Positions 31,775 to 40,427 of a stretch of 64,000 nucleotides of DNA are shown here, piece by piece; the first letter of the stretch is position 1; each line of letters begins with the position of its first letter. Origin of the DNA: Lentisphaeria bacterium (GTDB taxonomy: Bacteria > Verrucomicrobiota > Lentisphaeria > JABSQK01 > JAWLHB01); NCBI GenBank assembly GCA_041690595.1, contig JAWLHB010000013.1:62001-126000 (forward strand). Reading direction: 5' to 3'. The position numbers and the translations under genes are program-made. The notes below the pieces were generated by a model. It saw only the letters and a list, made by a program, of their open reading frames with translations, had not been told where the DNA came from and searched no databases.

Positions 31775-33826
31775 TCATTCCTGAAGATCGATGGCAAGAA
31801 TGGCATCGATCATCTCGTCGGCAGCAGCGAAACGCTCGGCGGGATCCTCGCGCAGGGCGGTCAGGATGATATCATCCCAGTCGGGGTGAATGCTGGGACG
31901 AACCGTGGTCGGCCGGCCGCGCAGGCCAAGCTCGCTGACACCGGTGAGGAGCCGAAGCATCATCATGCCGATGGAAAAGAGGTCAGACGCGGCCGAGGCG
32001 GGTTCGCCGCGGCGCTGTTCGGGGCTCATGTAGTCGTAGGTGCCCATGAGCGCCGCCGCATCCTGCGGGGCATCGTCATGCCCGGCAAAGGAGCGCATGC
32101 TGCGAGTCGCCGAGTTGAGGACCAGCTCCTCACCGACGATCTTGGCCAGGCCGAAATCGGTCAGCTTCAGGTGGGCGTCCCAGTAGCCGTCCTCATCCGT
32201 CCCCATACATTGAAAGAGGACATTCTCGGGCTTGAGATCGCAGTGCACAACGCCATTCGCATGAGCATAGCCGACGGCTTCGAGCAGCGCCGCCATGATC
32301 TGCTGCATGTCCTCCTCATCGAGCAGTCCAGATGCCGTGCCGAAGGAAGAACAATAATCCCGCAGGTTGACGGGGTGGTCATAGAGTCCCAGAAAGAGGT
32401 CCATGACCATGAAGCTCAGGCCCTGTTCGCGGCGAAGATCCTGCACCTTGACGATGCTCGGATGACTGAGGCGCCGGATGATCTGCGCCTCCTGCTGAAA
32501 CTGGCGTACCCGCTCCGCCACATCCGCCTGATCGTCGCCGATCAGAAACTTCATGGCCACCTGCTCGTCAGTCGGCAGATGAATGCCGCGAAAGACCGCG
32601 CCCATGCCGCCGAAGCCGATCATCTCGAGCACGTGATACGGTCCCAACCGCATATTGGGACGGACCTGCTGCAGCAACTGGCGCATCTGCGGAAGAAAGG
32701 CGGGAATGTCCTCGATGATGATGCCCGATGGGGTCAGCTGCCCGGGCTCCAGCGGGCCGACAGGCGACGTCGCCAGCGAGAGCCGGGTGATCTGCGATTC
32801 GTCGATCGTGCCGGGCCGTTGATGTCGGGAGACGTACTGCCATTGTCGCGACGGCTCACCGTCTTCCTCGTCGGCAAGCACATCGGGTATGGCCTTCGAG
32901 CTTCGCGGCAGCTTGTGGTAGGCATCCAGAAAGGACTCGCATCCCGGGACGGCTTCCAGGCATTCGCTGAGCACGTCCTCGATCTCCTGATAGGAATCGA
33001 GGCGCTCTTCGCGATCGGGTTCGAGCATCCTGTAGATCATGTCGACCAGCGCCACGGGCGCCTGCGGGGCGACCCGTTCGATGCGGAACTGAACGCCCTG
33101 CATCTTGCTCGCATGCAGTTCGTAACCGTTTTCGCCCACAAAAGGGGCGCGGTGGGTGAGCATCTGACAGAGGATGATGCCGAGGGCGAAAATGTCGCAG
33201 CGATGGTCCAGCCGCACCTCGCCGGTCTGCTGCTCGGGCGCCATGTAGTAGGGGGAGCCCACCTGCATGCCCATGGTAGTCAGTTGCGCGCCGGTGTGGG
33301 TGGCGTCGACAATCTTGGCGATGCCCAGGTCGAGCAGCTTGACCAGGTCGTTAGCCAGGATCATGACGTTCAGCGGCTTCAGGTCGCGGTGAATGATCTG
33401 GTATTCATCCCAGGCGAAGCGTAACGCGCCGCCGATCTGCAGCCCATAGTGACAGACGCGGGGCAAGTCCAGCTTCTTCCTGCGGGCAAGGATGGTATCG
33501 AGGGTTGCGCCCTCCAGATATTCCATGACGAAGTGCGGGCATGGATCCTCCATCGAGGCATGCAGAACCTGCACCACATTGGGATGCTCCACGAGCGCAG
33601 CCAGCCGCGCTTCACGAATGAAGCGCTGCTTGAATGCCTGGATCACCGCCTGCGGCTCCTCCCGTAGCAGCGCCAGGTTGAAAAACTTGATGGCGACCTG
33701 GCGATCCAGGCTCGTGTCATCCGCCTGAAAAACGGTCCCCATCCCGCCCTCGCCCAGTTGGCGCACCAGCCGATAAGCACCAATCGTATCGCCTGGTTTG
33801 AGTTCATGCCATGCAGTCATTCGCAT
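31775..33826 (-). CDS. Cytoplasmic protein with two tandem Ser/Thr kinase domains
   Basis: Domain 1: GEGGMG, VAIK, HRDLKP, DLG, APE. Domain 2: GFGGMG, VAMK, HCDLKPEN, DFG, SPE. No TM segment. Confidence 0.9.
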   Translation of the reverse strand: MRMTAWHELKPGDTIGAYRLVRQLGEGGMGTVFQADDTSLDRQVAIKFFNLALLREEPQAVIQAFKQRFIREARLAALVEHPNVVQVLHASMEDPCPHFVMEYLEGATLDTILARRKKLDLPRVCHYGLQIGGALRFAWDEYQIIHRDLKPLNVMILANDLVKLLDLGIAKIVDATHTGAQLTTMGMQVGSPYYMAPEQQTGEVRLDHRCDIFALGIILCQMLTHRAPFVGENGYELHASKMQGVQFRIERVAPQAPVALVDMIYRMLEPDREERLDSYQEIEDVLSECLEAVPGCESFLDAYHKLPRSSKAIPDVLADEEDGEPSRQWQYVSRHQRPGTIDESQITRLSLATSPVGPLEPGQLTPSGIIIEDIPAFLPQMRQLLQQVRPNMRLGPYHVLEMIGFGGMGAVFRGIHLPTDEQVAMKFLIGDDQADVAERVRQFQQEAQIIRRLSHPSIVKVQDLRREQGLSFMVMDLFLGLYDHPVNLRDYCSSFGTASGLLDEEDMQQIMAALLEAVGYAHANGVVHCDLKPENVLFQCMGTDEDGYWDAHLKLTDFGLAKIVGEELVLNSATRSMRSFAGHDDAPQDAAALMGTYDYMSPEQRRGEPASAASDLFSIGMMMLRLLTGVSELGLRGRPTTVRPSIHPDWDDIILTALREDPAERFAAADEMIDAILAIDLQE

Positions 33827-33990
33827 CCCGTTGCAACTGGTTACAGGTCGCCAGCCTCTGCTGATCGTGTGCCTTCACGAGCGGGTTATCAAATCTAACC
33901 GTTACGCCCGACCGAGTCAACAGAGATACGCGCAAAAGCCTTCTTCGCCACCCCGTTTGTATTCTTTCCAGGAGCGGGCAGCTTATTCGC

Positions 33991-34707
33991 ATGAAGAAGC
34001 TGCTCGACAAGCTGCGTTCCGGCCACCACGTCACCATTGTGGCGCTGGGTGACTCGATCACCGAGATCACCTTCCACACCCATGGCCACATGAACTGGGT
34101 GGGGCTCCTCTCGGAAGCCATCTTCGAGCGCTATGGCAACGGTATCTGCACCATGATCAATGCCGGCAAGTGTGCCAGCACCGCCGAGGAAGCGCTGACC
34201 CGCCTGGAACGTGACGTCCTGCGCTTCAGCCCCGATCTGGTCATCATCGCTCTCGGCATGAACGATGCCGGCCGCGGTCGACAAGGGCTGCCAACCTATA
34301 TCCAGCAGCTGCGCGAAATTGTCAGCCGCACCCGTTCGCATTGCGGGGCGGAGATCCTGCTGCGGACGCCGAACCCAGTCGTCACCTGCCATGGCTTGCC
34401 GCTGCCGGTTGAACAGCCCGCGCCCGGGCGGCCCTGGGAGCATGACCGCCGGCCACTGGCCGACTATGCCGCCGCCCTTGTCGAGCTGGCGACGGAGCTG
34501 GATTGCGCCGTGGTCGACCACTACACGCTTTGGCGGGAGCGGCAGTTCAAGGTGATGCATGCTGTGGCGGATCCCACCGGCCTCTGGCCGCGCATGGGCG
34601 ACGCCATTCACCCTGGCTGGCAAGGCCATCTCGCCTTCTACCGCGAGCTTGCCCCCCTCTTCGACCTTCCGCTCTACTTCCCCTGGGAAGAAGCAGCCGA
34701 CCGCTGA
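33991..34707 (+). CDS. SGNH/GDSL hydrolase (esterase)
   Basis: GDSIT, INAG, GMND, DAIHP blocks. Confidence 0.88.
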   Translation: MKKLLDKLRSGHHVTIVALGDSITEITFHTHGHMNWVGLLSEAIFERYGNGICTMINAGKCASTAEEALTRLERDVLRFSPDLVIIALGMNDAGRGRQGLPTYIQQLREIVSRTRSHCGAEILLRTPNPVVTCHGLPLPVEQPAPGRPWEHDRRPLADYAAALVELATELDCAVVDHYTLWRERQFKVMHAVADPTGLWPRMGDAIHPGWQGHLAFYRELAPLFDLPLYFPWEEAADR

Positions 34708-34749
34708 CGCCCAAATCTCGATGCCCATGAGGTCAAGCAGGGCGGAGGA

Positions 34750-35160
34750 TCAGTCTGGGGCCCATTCGGCCATGGCGTAGTCGGCGGCGAGGCCGCGGAG
34801 CGGGTAGCCGAAGGTGCGGGCGGCATGACCATCGGGAAAGACGACATTCCACCCGCCGCCATGGCGTTCCGCCGGATACAGGAAACGAGCCCGGATGATG
34901 GTGACATGCGGTTACGACTGATCGCCTTCCCCTTTGTCGCCGATGAAGTAGGTGACGGTGGGATCGACCACATCACCGATACGCAACCAGCGCGGATCGA
35001 TGGTGGCGGCGGCCTCCTTCACGCGGCTGAAGTACCGATTGACGCCGAAGTGAGTCCCCTTCCATGTGTGTAATAATCGTCACTGGCGTCGTGATAAAGT
35101 GGATCGGGTCGAGGTGGTGCCGGCAACGCCGTAAGGCAGGGGGAGCCACTCATTATTCTC
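34750..35160 (-). pseudogene. Decayed H-X9-DG pilin-like gene remnant
   Basis: Manual minus-strand translation gives ENNEWLP..THFGVN..DPTVTYFIGD..(TAA at 34912-34914)..RHGGGWNVVFPDGH..TGA 34750. Frame disruptions near 35065-35110. No pilin N-terminus. Confidence 0.7.
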
Positions 35161-35183
35161 TTAGGCAGGCGAACCTTACGGGC

Positions 35184-35227
35184 TTGACAGAGTCAAAGCA
35201 CGTGAACAGGTTGCCGTGACTATGTCA
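35184..35227. promoter_or_regulatory. Two TGAC-N3-GTCA palindromes (putative operator pair)
   Basis: TTGACAGAGTCAA (35184-35196) and TGACTATGTCA (35217-35227) upstream of pilin 3. Extended -10 TGATACAAT at 35292-35300. Confidence 0.45.
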
Positions 35228-35333
35228 AACCGAAAGCGCCGAAAAAGATGGGGTTGTGGCGCTTGTTTTGGGTGGCAGGACGCGTAATGTATGATACAAT
35301 GTGAACGATCTTCAATGCCAAAAGGAGCAACAG

Positions 35334-35981
35334 ATGCATAAGGGAACCAAGCGCAAGACCTTCACCTTGATTGAATTGCTGGTGGTCGTGGCGATAATTG
35401 CCATTCTGGCGTCGATGCTGCTGCCGGCTCTATCCAATGCCCGTGAACGGGCGCGGGCGATCAGTTGCATCAGCAACATGAAGCAGATCGGCCTTGGCGT
35501 GGTACTGTATGCGGATGAGAATGACGGCCATCTGCTGCCGCATCGTCAGCCGCCCGGACCGACGTACCATGCCACGTACCTGAGTGCCGCGATGGGCGCG
35601 AAGCACAATGACAAGGAGGGCATCTGGTGCCCGTCGAGCACGGATCCCATTTCCTATGGCCTGAACATCTATGTGCATCGGGATATATGGAGTGGCGGAT
35701 GGACGCGGAAGATGGACTCTTTCCGGGACCCCTCGCTGGTCTTTTCCTTTGCCGACAGCATGGCCGGTGCCTTCATCGCGGGATGGAACAACGGTAGCGG
35801 CAACCAGGGATTTGCGCACATGCGCCACTCCATGGGGCTCAACATTCTCTACCTGGATCAGCATGCGGCGCGCTACTCGGAGCAACTGATTCATGCCGGC
35901 ACGAATGCCAGCGGCGCTTGGCCGATTCCAGTCAACAAGGGTATGTTCTGGCATGGCAACAAGGGCTGGAATACGCCGTAG
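35334..35981 (+). CDS. Prepilin-type protein (DUF1559/H-X9-DG-like), pilin 3
   Basis: [52 protein letters not shown]9-DQH. AAGGAG RBS. Confidence 0.9.
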   Translation: MHKGTKRKTFTLIELLVVVAIIAILASMLLPALSNARERARAISCISNMKQIGLGVVLYADENDGHLLPHRQPPGPTYHATYLSAAMGAKHNDKEGIWCPSSTDPISYGLNIYVHRDIWSGGWTRKMDSFRDPSLVFSFADSMAGAFIAGWNNGSGNQGFAHMRHSMGLNILYLDQHAARYSEQLIHAGTNASGAWPIPVNKGMFWHGNKGWNTP

Positions 35982-36088
35982 CGGCGGCAGCCCGAGCGCC
36001 ATGTGAATACGGCAGCCTGTGGCTGAGTCAGGGCATGAGGGCCGCGGGTATGTCGTTCACCTGAATCCCCAACCTGCCGGAGAGTCCC

Positions 36089-37636
36089 ATGCGCCACGTT
36101 GCATCGTTTCTGGTCTTTTCCCTGCTCCTCATGACCTGCGCCTCAAGCGTCAGGGCCGATGACGATGTTCAGCCTGAGGACGGGGCGAGCAAGAGCCTCC
36201 ACGGGCACCTGAAGGCGGCAACGATCCCTGTTTTTCGGGAAGGGCATTCGCTGCTGCCGCTGTCGCGGTGGGGGTGGTCGATGCCGTTCGAGGTTCGCGT
36301 AGAGCTGGCGGAGCGCTGGGGCTATGCGCTGGAGTTCGGCGACTATGCAACGCACCAGCAGGTGGATGAAGTCGAGAAGAACCCGCAAAGCGTGAACGCC
36401 CGGCTCATCGCGCTGACGGCAGCGGATCCGGAACGGTATCCCCTGGCCGTGCTGACGCATCGGCCATTGAGTGGCAGATCGCTGGAGACGATGCCGGAGG
36501 ACCTGCTGGCCGACTATTATCTGCGCGATGCCGATGGGCAGGTGATTCCGGACGAAAAGACGGGTAAAGCGAGTTGGCGGACAATCGACCCGCTGGCTCC
36601 GGATGCCATCTTCGAGTGGGCAGCGGCGGAGACCCTGGCGCCGTTGCTGCGTCTGCGCGAAAAAGCGCCGCTCGCCGTCATCCTCAATGGTGGGGAATAC
36701 GGGCTGACGGTAGCGGGTCATGCGCTCAAGTACTGGGAGCAATCGCCGGCCGTGCTGGCGGCGAAGGGAGAAAAGAGCTGGCTCGACTTCATGTCCGAAC
36801 AGAAGACGCGTCAGGAGCTGATCATCAGCACCGCGGTGCGCGAGGCTTTTCCTGAACGCGATGTCTACCTTTGGTATCACTTCGCGGGGATTCCTTCCTG
36901 GGATGGTCCCGCCTACAGCAATGGTCCGGAGTTACTGGCCGTCTCGGACTTTCCGGATCAGAGCCTCTACTATCGCCATTTCAATACGGGTTGGGACGGC
37001 AATCGCGATCTGCTGACCAACTTCCTGCATGCCACGGCGCAGGCCATTCCTCTGGGCCATCCGCTTTCCTACAACTGGGTCTGCGGGGGCTGGAAGGAGG
37101 AGGCGATTTCACCGGCGGACCGTTATCTCGGCTTCCTCAAATGTCTGTATACCGGCGGCCAGATCGGGGCAGTGGCGGGATACTTCAGCCTGCCGGAAGG
37201 GCTGAAAGGCGATCTGGTCGGGGAGGAGCCGCCGCCGCACCTGCGACAGATGATGGCCCTCGGCCACGCACAGGCGCTCTTCTCGCACGTCGATGAATTT
37301 CTGCGCGCGGGGGATCTCCTTCCCGGTCCACATCCTCACTCGCGGGAGGCAAAGCTGCCTGCCTATGAGTTTGGGGAACCGTGCGACACGGCGCGGGTCC
37401 TGGTACGCCGACATCGCGATCGGGCTGCCTGGCTGATCTGCGCCTGGGCGGCGGCCGGCGATGCCCGCGAGGTCACCATACAGGTACCGGAGCTGGGCGA
37501 AGCGACTGTGCTGGCGCGCCCGGCGGGGAGTCTTTACCTCGCCACCTCGCGCCATGCGATCGACTACGAGCCGCCGGTGGTCAGCCTCAAGCTGCTGGAT
37601 ACCGACCCGCTGGATCCGACGGCAGACTGGCGGTAG
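36089..37636 (+). CDS. Secreted hypothetical protein (possible glycoside hydrolase-like barrel)
   Basis: Signal peptide ending VRA. Trp/Tyr-rich, with NGGEYG acidic motif. Follows pilin 3. Confidence 0.6.
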   Translation: MRHVASFLVFSLLLMTCASSVRADDDVQPEDGASKSLHGHLKAATIPVFREGHSLLPLSRWGWSMPFEVRVELAERWGYALEFGDYATHQQVDEVEKNPQSVNARLIALTAADPERYPLAVLTHRPLSGRSLETMPEDLLADYYLRDADGQVIPDEKTGKASWRTIDPLAPDAIFEWAAAETLAPLLRLREKAPLAVILNGGEYGLTVAGHALKYWEQSPAVLAAKGEKSWLDFMSEQKTRQELIISTAVREAFPERDVYLWYHFAGIPSWDGPAYSNGPELLAVSDFPDQSLYYRHFNTGWDGNRDLLTNFLHATAQAIPLGHPLSYNWVCGGWKEEAISPADRYLGFLKCLYTGGQIGAVAGYFSLPEGLKGDLVGEEPPPHLRQMMALGHAQALFSHVDEFLRAGDLLPGPHPHSREAKLPAYEFGEPCDTARVLVRRHRDRAAWLICAWAAAGDAREVTIQVPELGEATVLARPAGSLYLATSRHAIDYEPPVVSLKLLDTDPLDPTADWR

Positions 37637-37643
37637 CGAACGC

Positions 37644-38714
37644 TCAGCGCGACTGCGTCACCGGTTCGAGCGCGGGCTCCCGCTCCCTGACGGCCGGTGG
37701 GTTGGGCAGCGCGGGGATATGAACGTAATCGGGATCGGTCTTCTGGCGGCGGAGGATGGCGAGGATCTCGCGCCAGGTGGCCAGGATACCGTCATTGGCG
37801 GGGGGCAGATCGTGCTCGATGAGGCGGCGGAGCCGGGGCAGGTTGTAGAAGGGAACGGCGGCATACATGTGATGCTCGATGTGGTAGTTCATGTTCCAGT
37901 AGAAGAAGCGGGCAATGGGGTTGAGCATGAAGGTACGGCAGGAGAGGCGGAAGTCGTTGACGTTGGGTGAGAGGCCCGCATGCTGCGGGAAGCCGACCAG
38001 CATGGCCAGCCAGCCGGCAAACATCCAGCCAAAGCTGACCAGCGGAATGAGGAACCAGGCCCCCAGGCTGATGAAGAGCACGGCCAGGAGCGCGTGACCC
38101 GCCAGAACCATGCGCGACCAGTTGGCGATCTCGCGGCGACTTTGGGTGTCGCCTTCCGGAAAGAGGAAGGTGAGCCATTCTCCCTCGATCTTTCCCCGCG
38201 CCAGCTTCCAGTTGTTGCGGATGGCGTTGATCGGGGCAAGGGGATTGCAGGTCAATGCGTAGAGCCATGAGCTGGCCTTTAGCTTCGCCGGGAGGACGAC
38301 TTCGCCGTCATAGTCTTCGTGAACGGTCACGGCGTGATGTTTGGTGTGACTCACCCGGAAGATGACGAAGTTGCTCCAGCTCAGGAAGCAGAAGATGCGG
38401 ATGAAGAACTCGTTGAGGGAACGGGTCTTGAAGGGTGTACGGTGGGAGAGTTCGTGACCGGGGCCTGCCATGCCGAGGAAGCCGGCAAAGGTGCCATGCA
38501 GAAAGACGGTCGCCACCGTGACGTACCAAGGCCAGTGATGATAAGAATGCAAGGCCAGCCAGGTGGTGGCGACGAAGAGCGCAAGCTGCGGTATCACCTG
38601 GAGGAAAGCGCGCAGGTCGCTGCGGCGGGTCAGCTCGCGCAAGCTCTCCTTGTCGATCTGGCAGCGATACCAATTGATTCGGACATCGTCGGTAAAGGGT
38701 TTCGTTCTGGCCAT
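37644..38714 (-). CDS. Fatty-acid desaturase family membrane di-iron enzyme
   Basis: His boxes HELSH, HTKHH, HIEHH, VPFYNLP, hydrophobic helices. Confidence 0.88.
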   Translation of the reverse strand: MARTKPFTDDVRINWYRCQIDKESLRELTRRSDLRAFLQVIPQLALFVATTWLALHSYHHWPWYVTVATVFLHGTFAGFLGMAGPGHELSHRTPFKTRSLNEFFIRIFCFLSWSNFVIFRVSHTKHHAVTVHEDYDGEVVLPAKLKASSWLYALTCNPLAPINAIRNNWKLARGKIEGEWLTFLFPEGDTQSRREIANWSRMVLAGHALLAVLFISLGAWFLIPLVSFGWMFAGWLAMLVGFPQHAGLSPNVNDFRLSCRTFMLNPIARFFYWNMNYHIEHHMYAAVPFYNLPRLRRLIEHDLPPANDGILATWREILAILRRQKTDPDYVHIPALPNPPAVREREPALEPVTQSR

Positions 38715-38804
38715 GCTTCAGCTCCCGTAGTCATGAATGTTGATGATATGCTTACTACCCTATATGGATTCCAGATTTAAAACGAGATGCAGTATAGCGA
38801 AGAA

Positions 38805-38895
38805 CTATCCGTGGTTGTCAAAGAGCTATCCGTTGGTTACGGCGGGAAATGGTGGGTTGTCAAGTAGACCAGGCTGGGTTAGAGTATAGACCAGG
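38805..38895. promoter_or_regulatory. Direct repeats and GntR-type operator candidates in a divergent promoter region
   Basis: CTATCCGT(T)GGTT at 38805 and 38826 (21-bp spacing). TAGACCAGG twice (about 38865 and 38887), the second within GTATAGAC (GTNTANAC-like). Confidence 0.45.
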
Positions 38896-38906
38896 AGGAA
38901 GCCGCC

Positions 38907-40427
38907 GTGTCCAAGCAATGGTTTGAGGAAGCAATCCAGCCACGGACGAAGCAGGAGAGCGTCAAGAACGCGATCCCGAAGTATGTGCGGGAGCATGACC
39001 TGCGGCCGGGCGACCAACTGCCGTCGGAGCGAGAGCTGGCGGCACTGACGGGCTTCAACCGGCTGACTATCCGGAAGGCGGTGAAGGAGCTCTGTGCGGA
39101 AGGGGTGCTCGAGCAGGTGCCGAAGCGCGGCACCTTTCTGCGGCAGGTGGAGCAACGCCATGAAGAGGACGGAGTGGATGCCATCTTTGCGCCCATGGGG
39201 AGCTTTTTCATTCGGCCCCAGATGCGAATGGTGCGCTTTGCCTTGGACGACGTGATGCCGGAACAGCAGGCCGCGTGGCATCGCATTGTGGAGGGCTTCC
39301 AGGAAACGCATGAGGGGATCGCGGTCAAGTTGGATTTTCGCGATGGTGCGCAGCTTCGCGCGCCGCAGGCAGCCGCCACTTACGATGTCGTACTGGGAAC
39401 GCTGAGGCTGCTGGCACTGCGCAGTGCGGAGGATGACCTTCCCTCGCCGGGCTTCGGGCCGGACTGGTTCGAGCGGCATCCTTGGCTGGACGCCTATCCC
39501 AAGGCTCTTCGGGCGAGGCTGGAGGGGGCACTTCGGCATGGCGATGGCTATCTGGGAGTGCCAATCTATGCGGCGGTTCCCCTTCATGTGTACCGTCGCG
39601 ACCGCCTGGAGGAGTTGGGGCTGAAGGAACCACCGCATCAGCCATCGCTGGAAGAGCTGGCGGATTGGCTGACCAGTGTCCGCGCCATGGGCAGGGCCGT
39701 CTCGGCCTATCCTTTCGTGCAATCACTGTTGAACCACCTGCTGCGCCAGGATCGGGAGCTCATCAACGGGGATCCGCTGTCAGGGCTGAACCTGGACCGG
39801 CCATCGTGCCGCCGGGTGCTGCCGCTGCTGCGCGCCTTCGATTCGCGGCAGAGCGGGCAACCGAGCGTCTGGCAGGTGCTTCGTTCGCTGGGGAAAGGCG
39901 AGGCGGTCTCGCTGGAGCTTTTCAGCAATGCTTTCATCTGGCTGCCGGGCCTCATCGGCCGACAATTGGATACGCTCTCCGCGGTGGGATCGAGTCTCAG
40001 TGGATCGGGGCAGTCCCAGGTGATGTTTACGGTCGCCATGCTGGGACGGGATCTGAGCCGGCATGCGGAGGCAGTCGCCTTCTGCCATTATCTCGCCTCG
40101 CCTGGTGCGCAGCATCTGATCGCGGAGCAGCTGACGGGGCTGCCGGTCAGTGGCGAGCCGGAAGGGTTGACTAGCTTCTGCAAGCGGAGTCCCCTTGCGG
40201 ACGTGGTGCTGCGCGACGAGCTGGGGCGGGCGGAATCGTGCTTCGAGCATCCGTGTTTCACCTCGGAGTATCAGCAGCAGATCCTCGGGCCGGCGCTGCA
40301 ACTCTATCGCCAGGAGGCAATCCAGTTGGACGACGTTATTCGGCAGGCGGAGAACGGCTCGCGGGAATGGGTGGGTATGCGGACACAGCTTCCATGCTTC
40401 AACGCTCTTACCGGAGGGAAATCATGA
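38907..40427 (+). CDS. GntR winged-HTH fused to a solute-binding-protein domain
   Basis: PGDQLPSERELA..RLTIRKAV..GVLEQVPKRGTF HTH. GYLGVP..YRRDRLEELGL..P SBP signature. No signal peptide. Confidence 0.85.
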   Translation: MSKQWFEEAIQPRTKQESVKNAIPKYVREHDLRPGDQLPSERELAALTGFNRLTIRKAVKELCAEGVLEQVPKRGTFLRQVEQRHEEDGVDAIFAPMGSFFIRPQMRMVRFALDDVMPEQQAAWHRIVEGFQETHEGIAVKLDFRDGAQLRAPQAAATYDVVLGTLRLLALRSAEDDLPSPGFGPDWFERHPWLDAYPKALRARLEGALRHGDGYLGVPIYAAVPLHVYRRDRLEELGLKEPPHQPSLEELADWLTSVRAMGRAVSAYPFVQSLLNHLLRQDRELINGDPLSGLNLDRPSCRRVLPLLRAFDSRQSGQPSVWQVLRSLGKGEAVSLELFSNAFIWLPGLIGRQLDTLSAVGSSLSGSGQSQVMFTVAMLGRDLSRHAEAVAFCHYLASPGAQHLIAEQLTGLPVSGEPEGLTSFCKRSPLADVVLRDELGRAESCFEHPCFTSEYQQQILGPALQLYRQEAIQLDDVIRQAENGSREWVGMRTQLPCFNALTGGKS

